Positions 9,399 to 20,279 of a stretch of DNA of 64,000 bases are shown one piece after another (the stretch's first letter is position 1; each line of letters begins with the position of its first letter). Position numbers and translations under genes: made by a program. Source of the DNA: a virus; the IMG/VR virus record IMGVR_UViG_3300042147_000025, positions 1 to 64,000 of that record; one strand, 5' to 3'. The notes beneath the pieces are model-generated. The model was given only the letters and a program-made list of their open reading frames with translations, was not told the origin of the DNA and ran no database searches.

Positions 9399-11014
9399 TT
9401 ACGAATGTGTAGCACTTGGAATTCCATCAGTCTTCTCCTCGTTATCTATAAAGAATTTACAACTATCAACTTGTTTGACACTCACTTCCATGCACAACCA
9501 AGGCTGAAATTTAGGAGCTGCCTCTACCAAATACCGATAGCAAAGCTCCTTTCGTGGGCAGTTTGTGCCAACACACTTACTGAAGACAGACACTAGACAT
9601 ACTCCACTTTTTCTGTCATCACTTGAGTGACTTTACGTGTCAAAGGTAACAATTCAATTTCACCTTCAAGCCAGCCATGATCACAACTTGTTTCAACCCA
9701 AACCATCATATACTTCTCACCTTCTAAAGATTTGATGTAGAAAGTTTCGTACATGTTTCGTTTATGCGGTTCTTGCTGAAGGTCATATTGTTCATCTGCA
9801 TCGTAATCGTTAGCTTCGCACCAATCACAGAACTGTGAGTAGCCATCAAAATTAAATACGCTCATTGCTATCCTCCACAATTTTCCTAAGACCATAAAAC
9901 AAATCAACTGCAACACCATGCACTGACTGAGCCCCTTCGTCTATATTCACCGCAAGTTGCTGTGCATTCAGTCGAGCATCATAAGTCGATGTGTTACTTA
10001 CTGAATACAGATAATAAAGCTCCTGATCTGTCTCAAGAATAATTGAGACATTTCCTTTCGGTGTTCTACTAATCTTCACCCTTCTTCTCCCAAATCAAAT
10101 TCAAGCGCTTCAATAATCTTCTCAATATCGTCTGTCACACTATAATCATATTCTAGCTCTTTCTCCAACAAGTGTTTAGCATTTTGTTCGGAGACTGATT
10201 GTGTCGAGGATTGTTTGTTTACGTTGGGTCATTTATCTTCATCCCACATATTGAACACATCCATGATTTTCTCTGCTACATCATCAAATCGATCTTCAGG
10301 TACACCATATTCATCAGAACAACTGTAGCTATAGTTCATATTGCGACTGAATGATTCTAGGATAGCTTCTAATTTATCACGAATAGTTTTCTCAGAAAAA
10401 GACATTTGTGAATATTCTGGGTCTTCGCTATAGTATTTACTCATTCTCCATACCTCCGCAATTCATTAACCAAAACATAACATTTACCGGTAGTTTTGTC
10501 CATCCCAAGCACCGTTAGGTGCATCCCCTTACCTAGCTCATCAGGATACGTTCCGACACGAATCACTAGCTCTTTTCCCGCCAACTCTTCCCATTTGAAG
10601 ATGGAGTTGGCTAGGGTTTCTTTGGTGAATACGGCTACCATTAGTCATATCCCAAGAGAGTAGGTTTGTTTGGATATCGGATATAGCCGTCCGTATGCAA
10701 GACTGCACCCTGTTCTTTACACTGCTTTAGAAGGTTGAGCCTGTAAATCAAATCCTTGTTAGAACTATTTTGTTGCAAGTTTAATTCAGCTTGCTTGATA
10801 GCTTCATCTAATAGTGTAATCATTCTACAACCTCCACTTCATTCCGATGGAAAGGCCATTGTGCAGACTTAGCCTCCTCCGTGTTCTCATAAAAAGGATC
10901 TACAAGGAAGATCCCATACGGACGATCATCGATATAGCTGATTGTGTATTCTTTGCCTACTTCAAACATTGTGTAGGGTGAGGAGATGATTCGTACTTTA
11001 GTGCCGATTTGCAT
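9399..11014 (-). CDS. Run of small hypothetical genes (9399-9593 Cys-rich, 9593-9865, 9852-10079, 10229-10444, 10441-10641, 10641-10823, 10820-11014)
   Basis: Packed, translationally coupled ORFs of 60-90 aa. Confidence 0.55.
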
Positions 11015-11025
11015 GATATTTCTCC

Positions 11026-12348
11026 TTAAGCTAAGATTTTACTTTCTTGAAGCACATTATCATCCTTCCAAGACATTTTCAAGGGAATTAATGAGGTAAT
11101 TCCAAATTCTTCTCGGAAAGAGTCGCCCATTGCATTCTCCAGAAAACCTACGTCAGACATCTTGACCACAAAACTATCATGGATCGGTAGGATTGGCTTC
11201 ATTTCATCAACAAATTTCTCAATAACTCGTTGTGCAAGATAGGAATCTGCATTCTGTAGTGCTAGCCCAAACGAATCATCTCGGCAATAGCAAGGAATGA
11301 AGTCAGGCGTCATACTGTAAATGTGCTCCCTTACCTTCTTACCTGTGTTCAAGCTCTTATCTATGTTCCAATCTTGAGCTTTAAACTTAGTGATTTCTTT
11401 ATTGATTGCACGATCAGCACTATCTTCGGTCTTGGAGTTAAACAGAATATTGATAGATAATTTAATCAGTTCACGATGGTCATCATTCTGCAAACGTTCT
11501 GGCAGAATATCCATGTAAACATCCAGTGGAAGATTCTCCATACTAATCTGCTCCATAAGACTTGCAATCCTGTAGTGTAAGTTGGAGAAGTCAATCTCCA
11601 CTACTTGCTCACCATTGATTGTAATGTCTAGTCGTGCCTTAGTCTTCTTGTGTTTAATCTTTAGTGCATCAGAATGGAAATACCGGCCACCATGTTCAAA
11701 GTCTTTATTAAAGATACGAGAATAGATGTTGGTCATGACATTACCTTCACCATCCCGGATGTCATGCAACTCATTAATCTTATTAAGCTTTTCTACAATC
11801 TTACGTGCATTTTTGATATTCTTGTTATCTTGATAGTCAATTGCTTTACCATATTCGTTACGAAGAATGATGGTTTGAAGGCTAGCATTATAAGCAGCAA
11901 TAGCACTCTGAACCTCTTCATCTTTAGAACAGAATTCAGCAATGAATAATTCTGATGGCGTGATATAAGACATGATCCTCTTTTCCTTATCTACGTGACC
12001 TTTACCCACGAAGTTCTCAATGTAACCCAAGGCTTCTAAGGTGTCAATGCATTTCAACAGTCTTTGTGTTTGGATACCACGTCTGTTGTACTTGGTCTTG
12101 TTGGTACTATGATTACCTTTATGTCTTGAGTACAGAAGCTTCTCTTGTCTCTTAACACAAGCAATAAGATTCATAATCACTACACCACTAAGTTCCTTAT
12201 CCTCTATCTTAGTGATAGGTCTAAGCTTATTAACTACAGATGTAGATAGATTAATGTTGTATGTTAACAACCTACTCTTAAGGCTATACTCTTCTACTTC
12301 TTCTATCACTATTCCACTCCTAGTCCCTCTTCTGTTCATATGGGGCAA
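11026..12348 (-). CDS. Short PolA/T7-RNAP-superfamily (right-hand) polymerase of uncertain function
   Basis: GGRYF, motif A-like VEIDFSNLH, motif B-like RELIKLSINILFN, motif C-like PIHDSFVV; start codon uncertain. Confidence 0.7.
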   Translation of the reverse strand: MPHMNRRGTRSGIVIEEVEEYSLKSRLLTYNINLSTSVVNKLRPITKIEDKELSGVVIMNLIACVKRQEKLLYSRHKGNHSTNKTKYNRRGIQTQRLLKCIDTLEALGYIENFVGKGHVDKEKRIMSYITPSELFIAEFCSKDEEVQSAIAAYNASLQTIILRNEYGKAIDYQDNKNIKNARKIVEKLNKINELHDIRDGEGNVMTNIYSRIFNKDFEHGGRYFHSDALKIKHKKTKARLDITINGEQVVEIDFSNLHYRIASLMEQISMENLPLDVYMDILPERLQNDDHRELIKLSINILFNSKTEDSADRAINKEITKFKAQDWNIDKSLNTGKKVREHIYSMTPDFIPCYCRDDSFGLALQNADSYLAQRVIEKFVDEMKPILPIHDSFVVKMSDVGFLENAMGDSFREEFGITSLIPLKMSWKDDNVLQESKILA

Positions 12349-12636
12349 GATTTAACAAGAAAGTCAAGGAATACGTGGCCTGTAGCCCGATCCCATGACC
12401 AATTCTTTCGCACTTAGCACCAAGATTCATAGAACCATAATCTCACACCTACCCTTACAAACACAAGGTTGAATTCACTGGTTATTGGGTAGTTTCAGGA
12501 GATTTCACTGTCTCATCTTCAAGAGCTTCTAGTACGAACTGCTCAACATGTTTCCAAGCTTCATAGAAATAGACATCTTCTTGATCGACCACTTCTTTCA
12601 TGTAAGCTAGTATGTGTTTCTGTAATTCGTTCATGA

Positions 12637-12921
12637 TTAATCCTCAATCCCATCATCAAAATGTCTACGAATCAAATACTGTCGCCACTCTTCACTCACT
12701 TCATAATCTTTCTTTGTGTGGTTGTCAAAGAAATACATAGCCCAACCACTACTACTGATGATACCACCTTCTCGGATAGGTTTGCCCCAAGATTCCTCTA
12801 CATTTAACACTTGGCCTTCAACGTATGTAGATGCAAGATAGCGTGATTTGCTGAGGACAACTGAAGAGTATTTCTTTCCTGAGTGTATATGTGTAACGTA
12901 CCAAGCTTTAAGGTTGTTCAT
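12637..12921 (-). CDS. Hypothetical protein
   Basis: 94-aa ORF, TAATG coupling. Confidence 0.55.
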   Translation of the reverse strand: MNNLKAWYVTHIHSGKKYSSVVLSKSRYLASTYVEGQVLNVEESWGKPIREGGIISSSGWAMYFFDNHTKKDYEVSEEWRQYLIRRHFDDGIED

Positions 12922-13112
12922 TATACATTCCTCACTAAGTATCCAAGAACTTTAAGCAAGTCTTCATTGACATCAAGCTTGTAAAGCAGACTGATAATCT
13001 CTTTCTTCTCCTCAGCCTTAACCCTATCCACAAGAATCTTCTTACAAGCCATCATTCCCTCACCAGTTTCCTGCTGCAAAGCTTTCACTTCCTCAATCGT
13101 TGGACCTTTCAT
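12921..13112 (-). CDS. Mini-protein resembling the EF-Ts N-terminal (UBA-like) domain
   Basis: TIEEVKALQQETGEGMMACKKIL versus EF-Ts [23 protein letters not shown]. Confidence 0.7.
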   Translation of the reverse strand: MKGPTIEEVKALQQETGEGMMACKKILVDRVKAEEKKEIISLLYKLDVNEDLLKVLGYLVRNV

Positions 13113-13113
13113 T

Positions 13114-13386
13114 TTACTCTTCCTCTGTCAAAGTATAGCCCATTCTAATCAGCCGCTCATCACACCAATCTCTACTAGGCTGATACTGCCCGTATTCTGG
13201 AGCACAACCTTTAGGCCCTTCTTTCCAATTCTTGTAATCCTTGAACCAATCACCATCATACCGAGCAACACGAACACGAGGAGTCTTCTCAATAAAAGCT
13301 ACACGATTTTCAATTTCCCCACGATCAGTTCCTAACACATACCGTATAGAACAATGATCTTCCATAACCCAAGCGCTTAATTTCAT
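13114..13386 (-). CDS. Hypothetical protein
   Basis: 90-aa ORF with GAGGAGG RBS, first gene of the leftward operon. Confidence 0.65.
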   Translation of the reverse strand: MKLSAWVMEDHCSIRYVLGTDRGEIENRVAFIEKTPRVRVARYDGDWFKDYKNWKEGPKGCAPEYGQYQPSRDWCDERLIRMGYTLTEEE

Positions 13387-13415
13387 GATACGTCCTCCTC
13401 AATTAATGTAGGCCA

Positions 13416-13582
13416 ATCTTACCTCCATCACCAACCCCTGTCAAGCACCCTTTCGAAAAATCTTCTGACAGAGTGTAGATTTATCTACCAAACAAATTTG
13501 CCCAAGGAGGGTTTCCCTGAAATGAGAGTTTAGAGAATATTTTTAAATCGGTGCTTGACAGTGCCGATGGTGCGTGTAAACT
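13416..13582. promoter_or_regulatory. Divergent sigma70 promoter pair at the strand switch
   Basis: Minus: TTGACA(13444-13439)-17-TAAGAT; plus: TTGACA(13555-13560)-16-TAAACT. Confidence 0.75.
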
Positions 13583-13618
13583 GAGGCCAATTGAAAACAA
13601 ATCTGAAGGAGCCTGATC

Positions 13619-14206
13619 ATGAAACTTAAAGACGCCATTCGACTGGTGAACAAAGACAAGAATAACTCTACCGATGCCGTCCTTGACGACTTTGCACGGG
13701 CAGTGAATGCTGACATCTATATTGGCTGGAGTGATAAATGGAATGAGCGTGTCAAAGGTTACTGGCTTGTTCGTTGGCTGTGCACAGACACTTGGGTAGG
13801 TCGTCGGGTGTATTTCTTTGATGGCGAGCCTGTTGCTACCAGCTATCAGAGTGCCCGTAAAAATGATGAGTATATTGAGTTTGTCAGTAATGAAGCTGCT
13901 GAGAAAATTCGTTCATTTATTTTTGAGCTTTACGGTGAAGAAGAAAAGCCAGCATATGACATTGTTAATGTTGAAGAGGACATTGATGATTTCTATCATT
14001 TCGACCTAACTGATTACTTTCTTGAGGATGAAGGTTTTGTGGATGGTAAGCCTGTTAAGATCATTCAGCACCGTTGGTTCGATGATGAGGACGACAAACG
14101 CTGGATCTGCTACCACGCCAAAGTAAAATTCGAAGATGGGGAAGAACGTGTCGTAAAGGCAGAAGAGATTCATTTTCCACTTCGTGTTAGCAAAGATTTC
14201 TCTTGA
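13619..14206 (+). CDS. Hypothetical protein
   Basis: 195-aa ORF, AAGGAG RBS. Confidence 0.7.
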   Translation: MKLKDAIRLVNKDKNNSTDAVLDDFARAVNADIYIGWSDKWNERVKGYWLVRWLCTDTWVGRRVYFFDGEPVATSYQSARKNDEYIEFVSNEAAEKIRSFIFELYGEEEKPAYDIVNVEEDIDDFYHFDLTDYFLEDEGFVDGKPVKIIQHRWFDDEDDKRWICYHAKVKFEDGEERVVKAEEIHFPLRVSKDFS

Positions 14207-14332
14207 CCCCCTCACAAACAATGTGACAAGATGGTGTGAATGCTTAGAATGTAAACAAATAAATTTGAATGAATTATTAATGTAACGCTATGCAGCGAAA
14301 GCTACTCGAAGAGTAGCGGCTGTGGGAGAGAA

Positions 14333-15204
14333 GTGATGAATTTGCACAATGAGATTATGAATATTCCAGCTATGGTTCCAACAGAGGCGCTGGTGGATGG
14401 TAAAAGCTTTGCCTACAAGATTGGACATCGTGATGCACGGCACGCGGCTGCTGAATTGTCTTTGAAGGCTGAAGCTCGGATTGAGGAGTTGGAGTTGCTT
14501 CTAGCACAAGCAAGAGCCATGGTTAACGGTGCTACCGATGAGTGGCACAATAAAGTTGCTGAAATTCTGAGGAGTAAGTAATGGAATACATGGAGAGCAT
14601 GATGCAGAATCAACTAGAAGCTTCGCTTGCTTTTGAGAGACAATGTGAGGATATTATTTACGCACTTGATAATTTTGGTCGGGATATCTGTCCAGTTGAA
14701 TATGGGCTTCCATCTTACGGAGAACATATGGATCGAATGAAAGAATTGGTTCGTGATGTTCTTATGGGCGAACAAGGGCAGGCTGAGGGGTTTTATATTG
14801 ATGATTGACATAGCACTAGGGTTTGACGTTTACTCGGCTCAAGAGCTACAAAACTACGCATCAAACGGCCTTTTGTACGCAGGAAATGTAGACCTTACAA
14901 GGTTTGTTGAAAAGATGCTTTGAAGGAGAATGTAAAGATGTTCACAGCAAAAGATATGCACAATAAACTTAAATCGAGAAACGTCTGTAATGGTCTTGAT
15001 GAATGGATTGAGGATATACTTTACAAAAAGTTTATTCAGTACGGCAATGCAGCAGTTGTTATGGTATCCGATATTGGCTCTCGTGGATGGGTCAGAGAAG
15101 GTTTTGTTAATGAGATGAATTCACGTGGTTTCTGTGTAGAATATATATCTGATCAACGTGATGGAGATTATTATCGTGTCAGCTATCCACCACAGGAGCG
15201 GTAA
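14333..15204 (+). CDS. Run of small hypothetical genes (14333-14581, 14581-14808, 14801-14923, 14938-15204)
   Basis: Coupled ORFs with RBSs. Confidence 0.55.
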
Positions 15205-15273
15205 GGATAATCCTTGCTATTCTTGAAGCAATTTGATTAATATTCTTTGCAGGGTGTTGGAGGGGAGAAGAGC

Positions 15274-17016
15274 GTGAGTAACAAATACGGTATTGATACA
15301 TCCCATGAATACAAGACAGGATGTCCAAGGTGTATTCGAAAAGGGGAAGACCGGTCTAAGAATAATTTGCACGTCTATGGAGAGGGTAAGGGAGCCTTCT
15401 GTTGGGCGTGTGAATTTACGATTCCAAGTGATGAGTGGCTTGCCGAACACGGCGAAATTAAAGATGAAGAAGAGGAGTTTGTAGTGGGAAGTTATTTTGA
15501 TCTAGATGTCAATGAGAAAATTAAGAAAGTAACAGGGACTGATAGTAAAAGTTATCGGGGGATTCGTAGTGATATTTCCCGGCCTTTTGGTGTTCGTTAT
15601 GGCTATAGTGAGGAAGATGGCAGTGTGGTAGCAACCTATTATCCAACTACTCAGAATTATGAGATTAGTGGGTACAAGGTCCGTAAACATCCGAAAGACT
15701 TTACGAGTCCTGTAGGCGAAACCGGAAAAGATTGCGAGCTGTTCGGGCAGTTTAAATTCAAGACAATGACCGGGACTGTTCTTATTGCAGGGGGAGAACA
15801 TGACGCCTTGGCAGCATTTAGCATGCTTGCTGATGCACAGAAGAATAAGCAATATGATCCAGTGGCTTGTGTTAGTCCAACAATTGGCGAGAGTGGGGCA
15901 CACAAACAAGTTCAGAAACAATATGCGTTTTTCTCTCAGGCAAAAAAGATCGTAATTGCAACAGACAGCGACAAGGCTGGTAAAGAGGCTGCTGAAAAGA
16001 TTGCTAAAGTTCTGCCCCGTGGCCGTGTATACATTATGAATATGCGGCTGAAGGATTGTAATCAGTACATTCTTGAAGGCCGTGAACAAGACTTCATTAA
16101 TGATTTCTGGCAGGCAAAGCCGTACAGTCCAGCAGGCGTCCATGCCTCTAGTGGTTTGTTGAGTGCAGCGATTGATTACTCTGATTTGAGTAAGCTTACA
16201 CTCCCACCATTCATGGCTAAAGCTCAGCAGATGTTTGGTGGGGGTTTGGTGAAAAACGAGTTGACTTGCTGCTTTGCGAAAACGAGTGTTGGCAAGAGTT
16301 TGTTCATTGATTCGTGTGTTGTGCATTGGGTACTGAATGAGCCAACCGAAGTTGTGGGTGTCCTTTCCCTTGAAGCAACAAAGGATAAGTGGGCAACCAA
16401 TATTCTTTCTAACTTCTTGGGCGTTCGCCTGATTAATATGGACGGTGCTGCACGTCGTGAGTATCTATCTCGTGATGATATCCGTGAGAAAGCTGAAAAG
16501 TTTTTAATGAAAGAAGATGGTTCACCTACATTCTGGGTTTGTGATGAACGCGGTGCATCCATTGATGTTGTGAAAGAAAAAATTCTTGAAATGATAATTC
16601 AACTTGGCGTAACGATTCTGGTAGCAGACGTTTACTCTGACTTGATGGCAGGTTTGAGTCTGGAAGCACAAGAGGAGTTGGTTGCGTGGTTTAAGAAGTT
16701 GATCAAAGAATACCCGCAAGTTAGTGTCTTGCTGGTGTGTCATACCAGAAAAACAGATAACAATTCACAGCTAACTGAAAGTGATATTATTGGCACTTCT
16801 ACAATCATGAAGTCTGCTGCACAAACATTTAGTCTAGAGAGGGACAAACTTTCCGATTCAGATTTCGAGAGGAACTGTACTCGGGTAACAGTTCATAAAA
16901 ATCGGCATCACTCGGAAACAGGCCCAGCAGGCATTGTTTATTTTGACAAAGATACGGGCAAGCTTTATGACTTAGATACTTATTTGCAAGAGCATCCTGA
17001 GATTAATGAATTCTAG
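15274..17016 (+). CDS. DNA primase-helicase (T7 gp4-like)
   Basis: Zn finger CPRC...CWAC, TOPRIM motifs GGEHDALA and DSDKAG, Walker A-like AKTSVGKS, CHTRK, KNRH..ETG. Confidence 0.9.
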   Translation: MSNKYGIDTSHEYKTGCPRCIRKGEDRSKNNLHVYGEGKGAFCWACEFTIPSDEWLAEHGEIKDEEEEFVVGSYFDLDVNEKIKKVTGTDSKSYRGIRSDISRPFGVRYGYSEEDGSVVATYYPTTQNYEISGYKVRKHPKDFTSPVGETGKDCELFGQFKFKTMTGTVLIAGGEHDALAAFSMLADAQKNKQYDPVACVSPTIGESGAHKQVQKQYAFFSQAKKIVIATDSDKAGKEAAEKIAKVLPRGRVYIMNMRLKDCNQYILEGREQDFINDFWQAKPYSPAGVHASSGLLSAAIDYSDLSKLTLPPFMAKAQQMFGGGLVKNELTCCFAKTSVGKSLFIDSCVVHWVLNEPTEVVGVLSLEATKDKWATNILSNFLGVRLINMDGAARREYLSRDDIREKAEKFLMKEDGSPTFWVCDERGASIDVVKEKILEMIIQLGVTILVADVYSDLMAGLSLEAQEELVAWFKKLIKEYPQVSVLLVCHTRKTDNNSQLTESDIIGTSTIMKSAAQTFSLERDKLSDSDFERNCTRVTVHKNRHHSETGPAGIVYFDKDTGKLYDLDTYLQEHPEINEF

Positions 17017-18137
17017 AGGAATTATGGTAAAAGCAAGAGATTGGGCAAAAGATGTAGAAGGCACTGATATTGAATTTATCGGAAGAGAGGGTAACTATCT
17101 TATCTGCCTTATCTGCTCAAAAGATGGATTTATATTTAAGCCATATAGGACAACGTGGCCTCCAACTAGACTCACGCCGGAAGTAACCTGTTGATCCAAC
17201 AGGTTACTTCAAATTTCTAGTAAGGAAATTGCATGGTGATAAATACAACCTTGATAAGGTGATCTACACAAAAGCCGACAGGAATATCATTGTAGGTTGT
17301 TCCATTCACGGTGATTTTAATATCAGAGCTGCAAATTTTAAGAGAGGAAAAGGATGTCCTCTTTGCTCTTATATGACTATTGGGGATAAGAACCGTGGCA
17401 GTAGAGAAGCCTTCCTAGAAAAAGCCAGAGAAATTCATGGGGATATTTACGATTACTCACTTGTTGAATATACTACTTCCAACGGGCAAATTAGTATCAT
17501 TTGTAGTATACATGGAATTTTTCAACAAGCTGCCTATAATCACTTGGTTGGCAAGGGCTGCTTAACTTGTGGACTTGAGAGGAGTAAACTATCTAGGGTG
17601 CTCAGTATAGAAACTGTCCTAGAAAGATTTACTGATGTTCACGAAGACAGGTATGACTACACTGATGTTGTTTACATAGGAGATGCCCATTCACCCCTTA
17701 AAATTGTATGTAAGGAACATGGAATGTTTTTACAAACATATGCAAACCACTACCACAATAAACAAGGATGTCCAGAATGTGCAAAAGAGTTTAGTGCTAG
17801 GTTGAGGTCAGGATTTATGAAAAGTGCTGATTCAAAAGACTACGCAAGTTTATACTTGATTGAGTGTAGTTCAGATGAAGAAGTATTTTTCAAGATTGGT
17901 ATAACAACAAAGCCGCTGAAAACTAGGTTTGCAGGACCGTCTACAATGCCATATGATTACGAAGTTAAATATCTGTTCATATCAGGAGGAGAACATATAT
18001 GGAATTTGGAAAGGTTGCTGCACTATGAGTACAAGGACCAGAAATATTTACCACTCCTAGAATTTGGAGGAAGATATGAATGTTTCAGTGAGATTGATGT
18101 TGACGAGTATAAGAAATTGGTCTACACTTTGGCATAG
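17006..18137 (+). pseudogene. Frameshifted homing endonuclease (repeated C..HG.F/GCP.C Zn modules plus GIY-YIG-like C-terminus)
   Basis: ORF 17006-17194 stops inside a perfect hairpin; another frame continues VDPTGYFKFLVRKLHGDKY into ORF 17229-18137; LYLIE...FKIGIT...GGRYECF. Confidence 0.7.
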
Positions 18138-18164
18138 GCTATTACATTGAATTAGGAGTAACAA

Positions 18165-20279
18165 ATGCTGGGCGAAAATGAGATTATTCTTGACATCGAG
18201 GCAAATGGATTTATTTTTGAGTCCACAAAAGTGTGGACAGTCTGTGCCACCAATATTCAAAGTGGGGAAAAGATCAAAGTAAATCCTTTTAAAGATGAAT
18301 CTGCCAAGAGTCAGCTAATCTCATTCATCTTTAAAAAGCCCAATCCTGTAGTGATAGGCCACTTTATTCTCGGCTACGATATGTTCGTGTTGCAGAATAT
18401 TGTAGATATCAATTTCTCTGTTGGGAAAGATACGATTGATGGTAAGCCTGTTCAGTTTGTAGATTCACTATATTTAAGCATGTTCCTCAACCCTGATCGG
18501 GTTGGGCACAGCGTTGAAGCTTTTGGTGAGACTCTTGGACTTCCTAAAATTGATTGGCGAGAAAAAGCAATTGAGCTTGGCTTGATTCAAAAGGATAGTC
18601 CGAAGGGTCAAGAGTTTATGCAGTGGCACCCCGAGATGGATGTGTATTGTGAACGAGATACTGATGTCAACGTATTGCTTTACCAATATCTTCAGCGGGA
18701 ATGGAAAGATGTCTATGGTAAAGATTTTACTATCACAGATGCATTTAAATGTGGGCAGAAGTCTTTCTATCTAATGTCTTGTCAGGAACTTACAGGATTT
18801 AAGTTTGATGTTGAAGGTGGTATCAAGCTTAAGGAACGCATTGGTTTGATGATGGAAGAGATTCGTGCCGAGGTTGAGCCTAAACTTCCTCCTCGTGCAT
18901 TGAAGAAGTCCGAAGAAAAGTATTACAGTATGCCAGCTAAGCCATGGAAGAAATCAGGAGACTTCTCCTCGTCTTGGGAAAAGTTTGTAGAAAAGCACAA
19001 TGGTGTTCTTGATACTAATACGGGACTGTGGGAGTTCTATGGTGAAAAATATCCAGTAGTTGCAGGAGCTATGCTGAATATTAAGTTGCCCATGGAAATG
19101 GCTAACCAAGATCAGATGAAAGATTGGTTCCTAGACAATAACTGGAAACCGACGCTGTGGAATTTCCAGCGTGGCCCTGATGGCAAACCGATGCGTGATC
19201 CTAAGACACGTCAACTTATCCAGACAAGTCCAAAGATTCAGGAGGCAGGTAAGATTTGCCCTAACCTAATGAAGTTGGAAGGTGACATTGTTAAACTCGT
19301 TGTGAAGTGGCTTAGCTTGCGTAACCGACAATCTGTGCTGGAAGGTTGGCTGACCAATGATCGCTTGCAGATGGATGGCCGTATTGGTGCAGGGCGTACA
19401 GGGATTGCCTCAACACATCGCCAAAAGCATCGTACTGTTGTAAACGTACCAAAAGCATCGGAGAAGGTGTTGCTTGGTAAAGAATTCCGCGCTCTTTGGA
19501 TTTCAGAAGATGGTATGCTGATTGCTGCCGGGGATGCTGCTGCGTTAGAGGGACGAGTTCAAGGACATTACTGCTTCAAATATGATAATGGGGCAACTGC
19601 TGAAGAATTGTTGAAGGGCGATGTCCACTCTAAGAATGCAAGGTTTGCTTTCTATGACCACATTCCTGATGTGCAGAAATTCGATATTGATGCAAAAGAT
19701 TTTAGTAAGGATGATCCAATCTTTAAGCCATATCGAGATACCAGTAAAAACGGCTACTATGCCTGTATGTATGGCTGTGCTGGCCCTAAGCTCGCATCCA
19801 CACTAGGATTACCCGTGAAGATGGGGAATGACAAGCTGGAAGCCTTCTGGGAAGCTAATCCTGCAACTAAGGCACTGAAAGAAAACTTAGAGAAGTATTG
19901 GACAAGTACAGGCCGTGAAAAGTATCTTCCTGCAATTGATGGCCGTATGCTTTGCACTCGTAAGAAATCAGCACTACTCAACACAATTTTTCAAAGTTGT
20001 GGTGGTATTTCCATGGATTATGCGCTATGCTTCATGGACGCTTGGCTTGGAGGTTTGCGCTGGAAAGATCGTAAACCTTATTACATCTATAAGGGCCACA
20101 TTGTTCGACGTATTGGATATTGGCACGACGAAGCAGAATTTGAGTGTGATGAGGCTATTGCCGAGGAGATTGGACAGATGATTGAAAAAGCAATTGAAAA
20201 GGCTGGACAATATCTTAAACTTAAAGTACCATTGGCGGGTGAAGCAAAGACGGGTAAATCGTGGATGGAAACCCACTAA
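18165..20279 (+). CDS. polA: Family A DNA polymerase with 3'-5' exonuclease
   Basis: LDIEANG (ExoI), YCERD (ExoIII), DAAALEGR (motif A), RDTSKNGYYACMYG (motif B), WHDE (motif C). Confidence 0.93.
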   Translation: MLGENEIILDIEANGFIFESTKVWTVCATNIQSGEKIKVNPFKDESAKSQLISFIFKKPNPVVIGHFILGYDMFVLQNIVDINFSVGKDTIDGKPVQFVDSLYLSMFLNPDRVGHSVEAFGETLGLPKIDWREKAIELGLIQKDSPKGQEFMQWHPEMDVYCERDTDVNVLLYQYLQREWKDVYGKDFTITDAFKCGQKSFYLMSCQELTGFKFDVEGGIKLKERIGLMMEEIRAEVEPKLPPRALKKSEEKYYSMPAKPWKKSGDFSSSWEKFVEKHNGVLDTNTGLWEFYGEKYPVVAGAMLNIKLPMEMANQDQMKDWFLDNNWKPTLWNFQRGPDGKPMRDPKTRQLIQTSPKIQEAGKICPNLMKLEGDIVKLVVKWLSLRNRQSVLEGWLTNDRLQMDGRIGAGRTGIASTHRQKHRTVVNVPKASEKVLLGKEFRALWISEDGMLIAAGDAAALEGRVQGHYCFKYDNGATAEELLKGDVHSKNARFAFYDHIPDVQKFDIDAKDFSKDDPIFKPYRDTSKNGYYACMYGCAGPKLASTLGLPVKMGNDKLEAFWEANPATKALKENLEKYWTSTGREKYLPAIDGRMLCTRKKSALLNTIFQSCGGISMDYALCFMDAWLGGLRWKDRKPYYIYKGHIVRRIGYWHDEAEFECDEAIAEEIGQMIEKAIEKAGQYLKLKVPLAGEAKTGKSWMETH

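Noticed and set aside
14207-14330. Twister or hammerhead ribozyme
   Set aside because: Only fragments (TGACAAG, GAAA) match; a full catalytic core could not be built
17762-17771. ACAAGGATGT as an Rsm site
   Set aside because: Lies inside the coding sequence of the QGCP motif, far from any RBS
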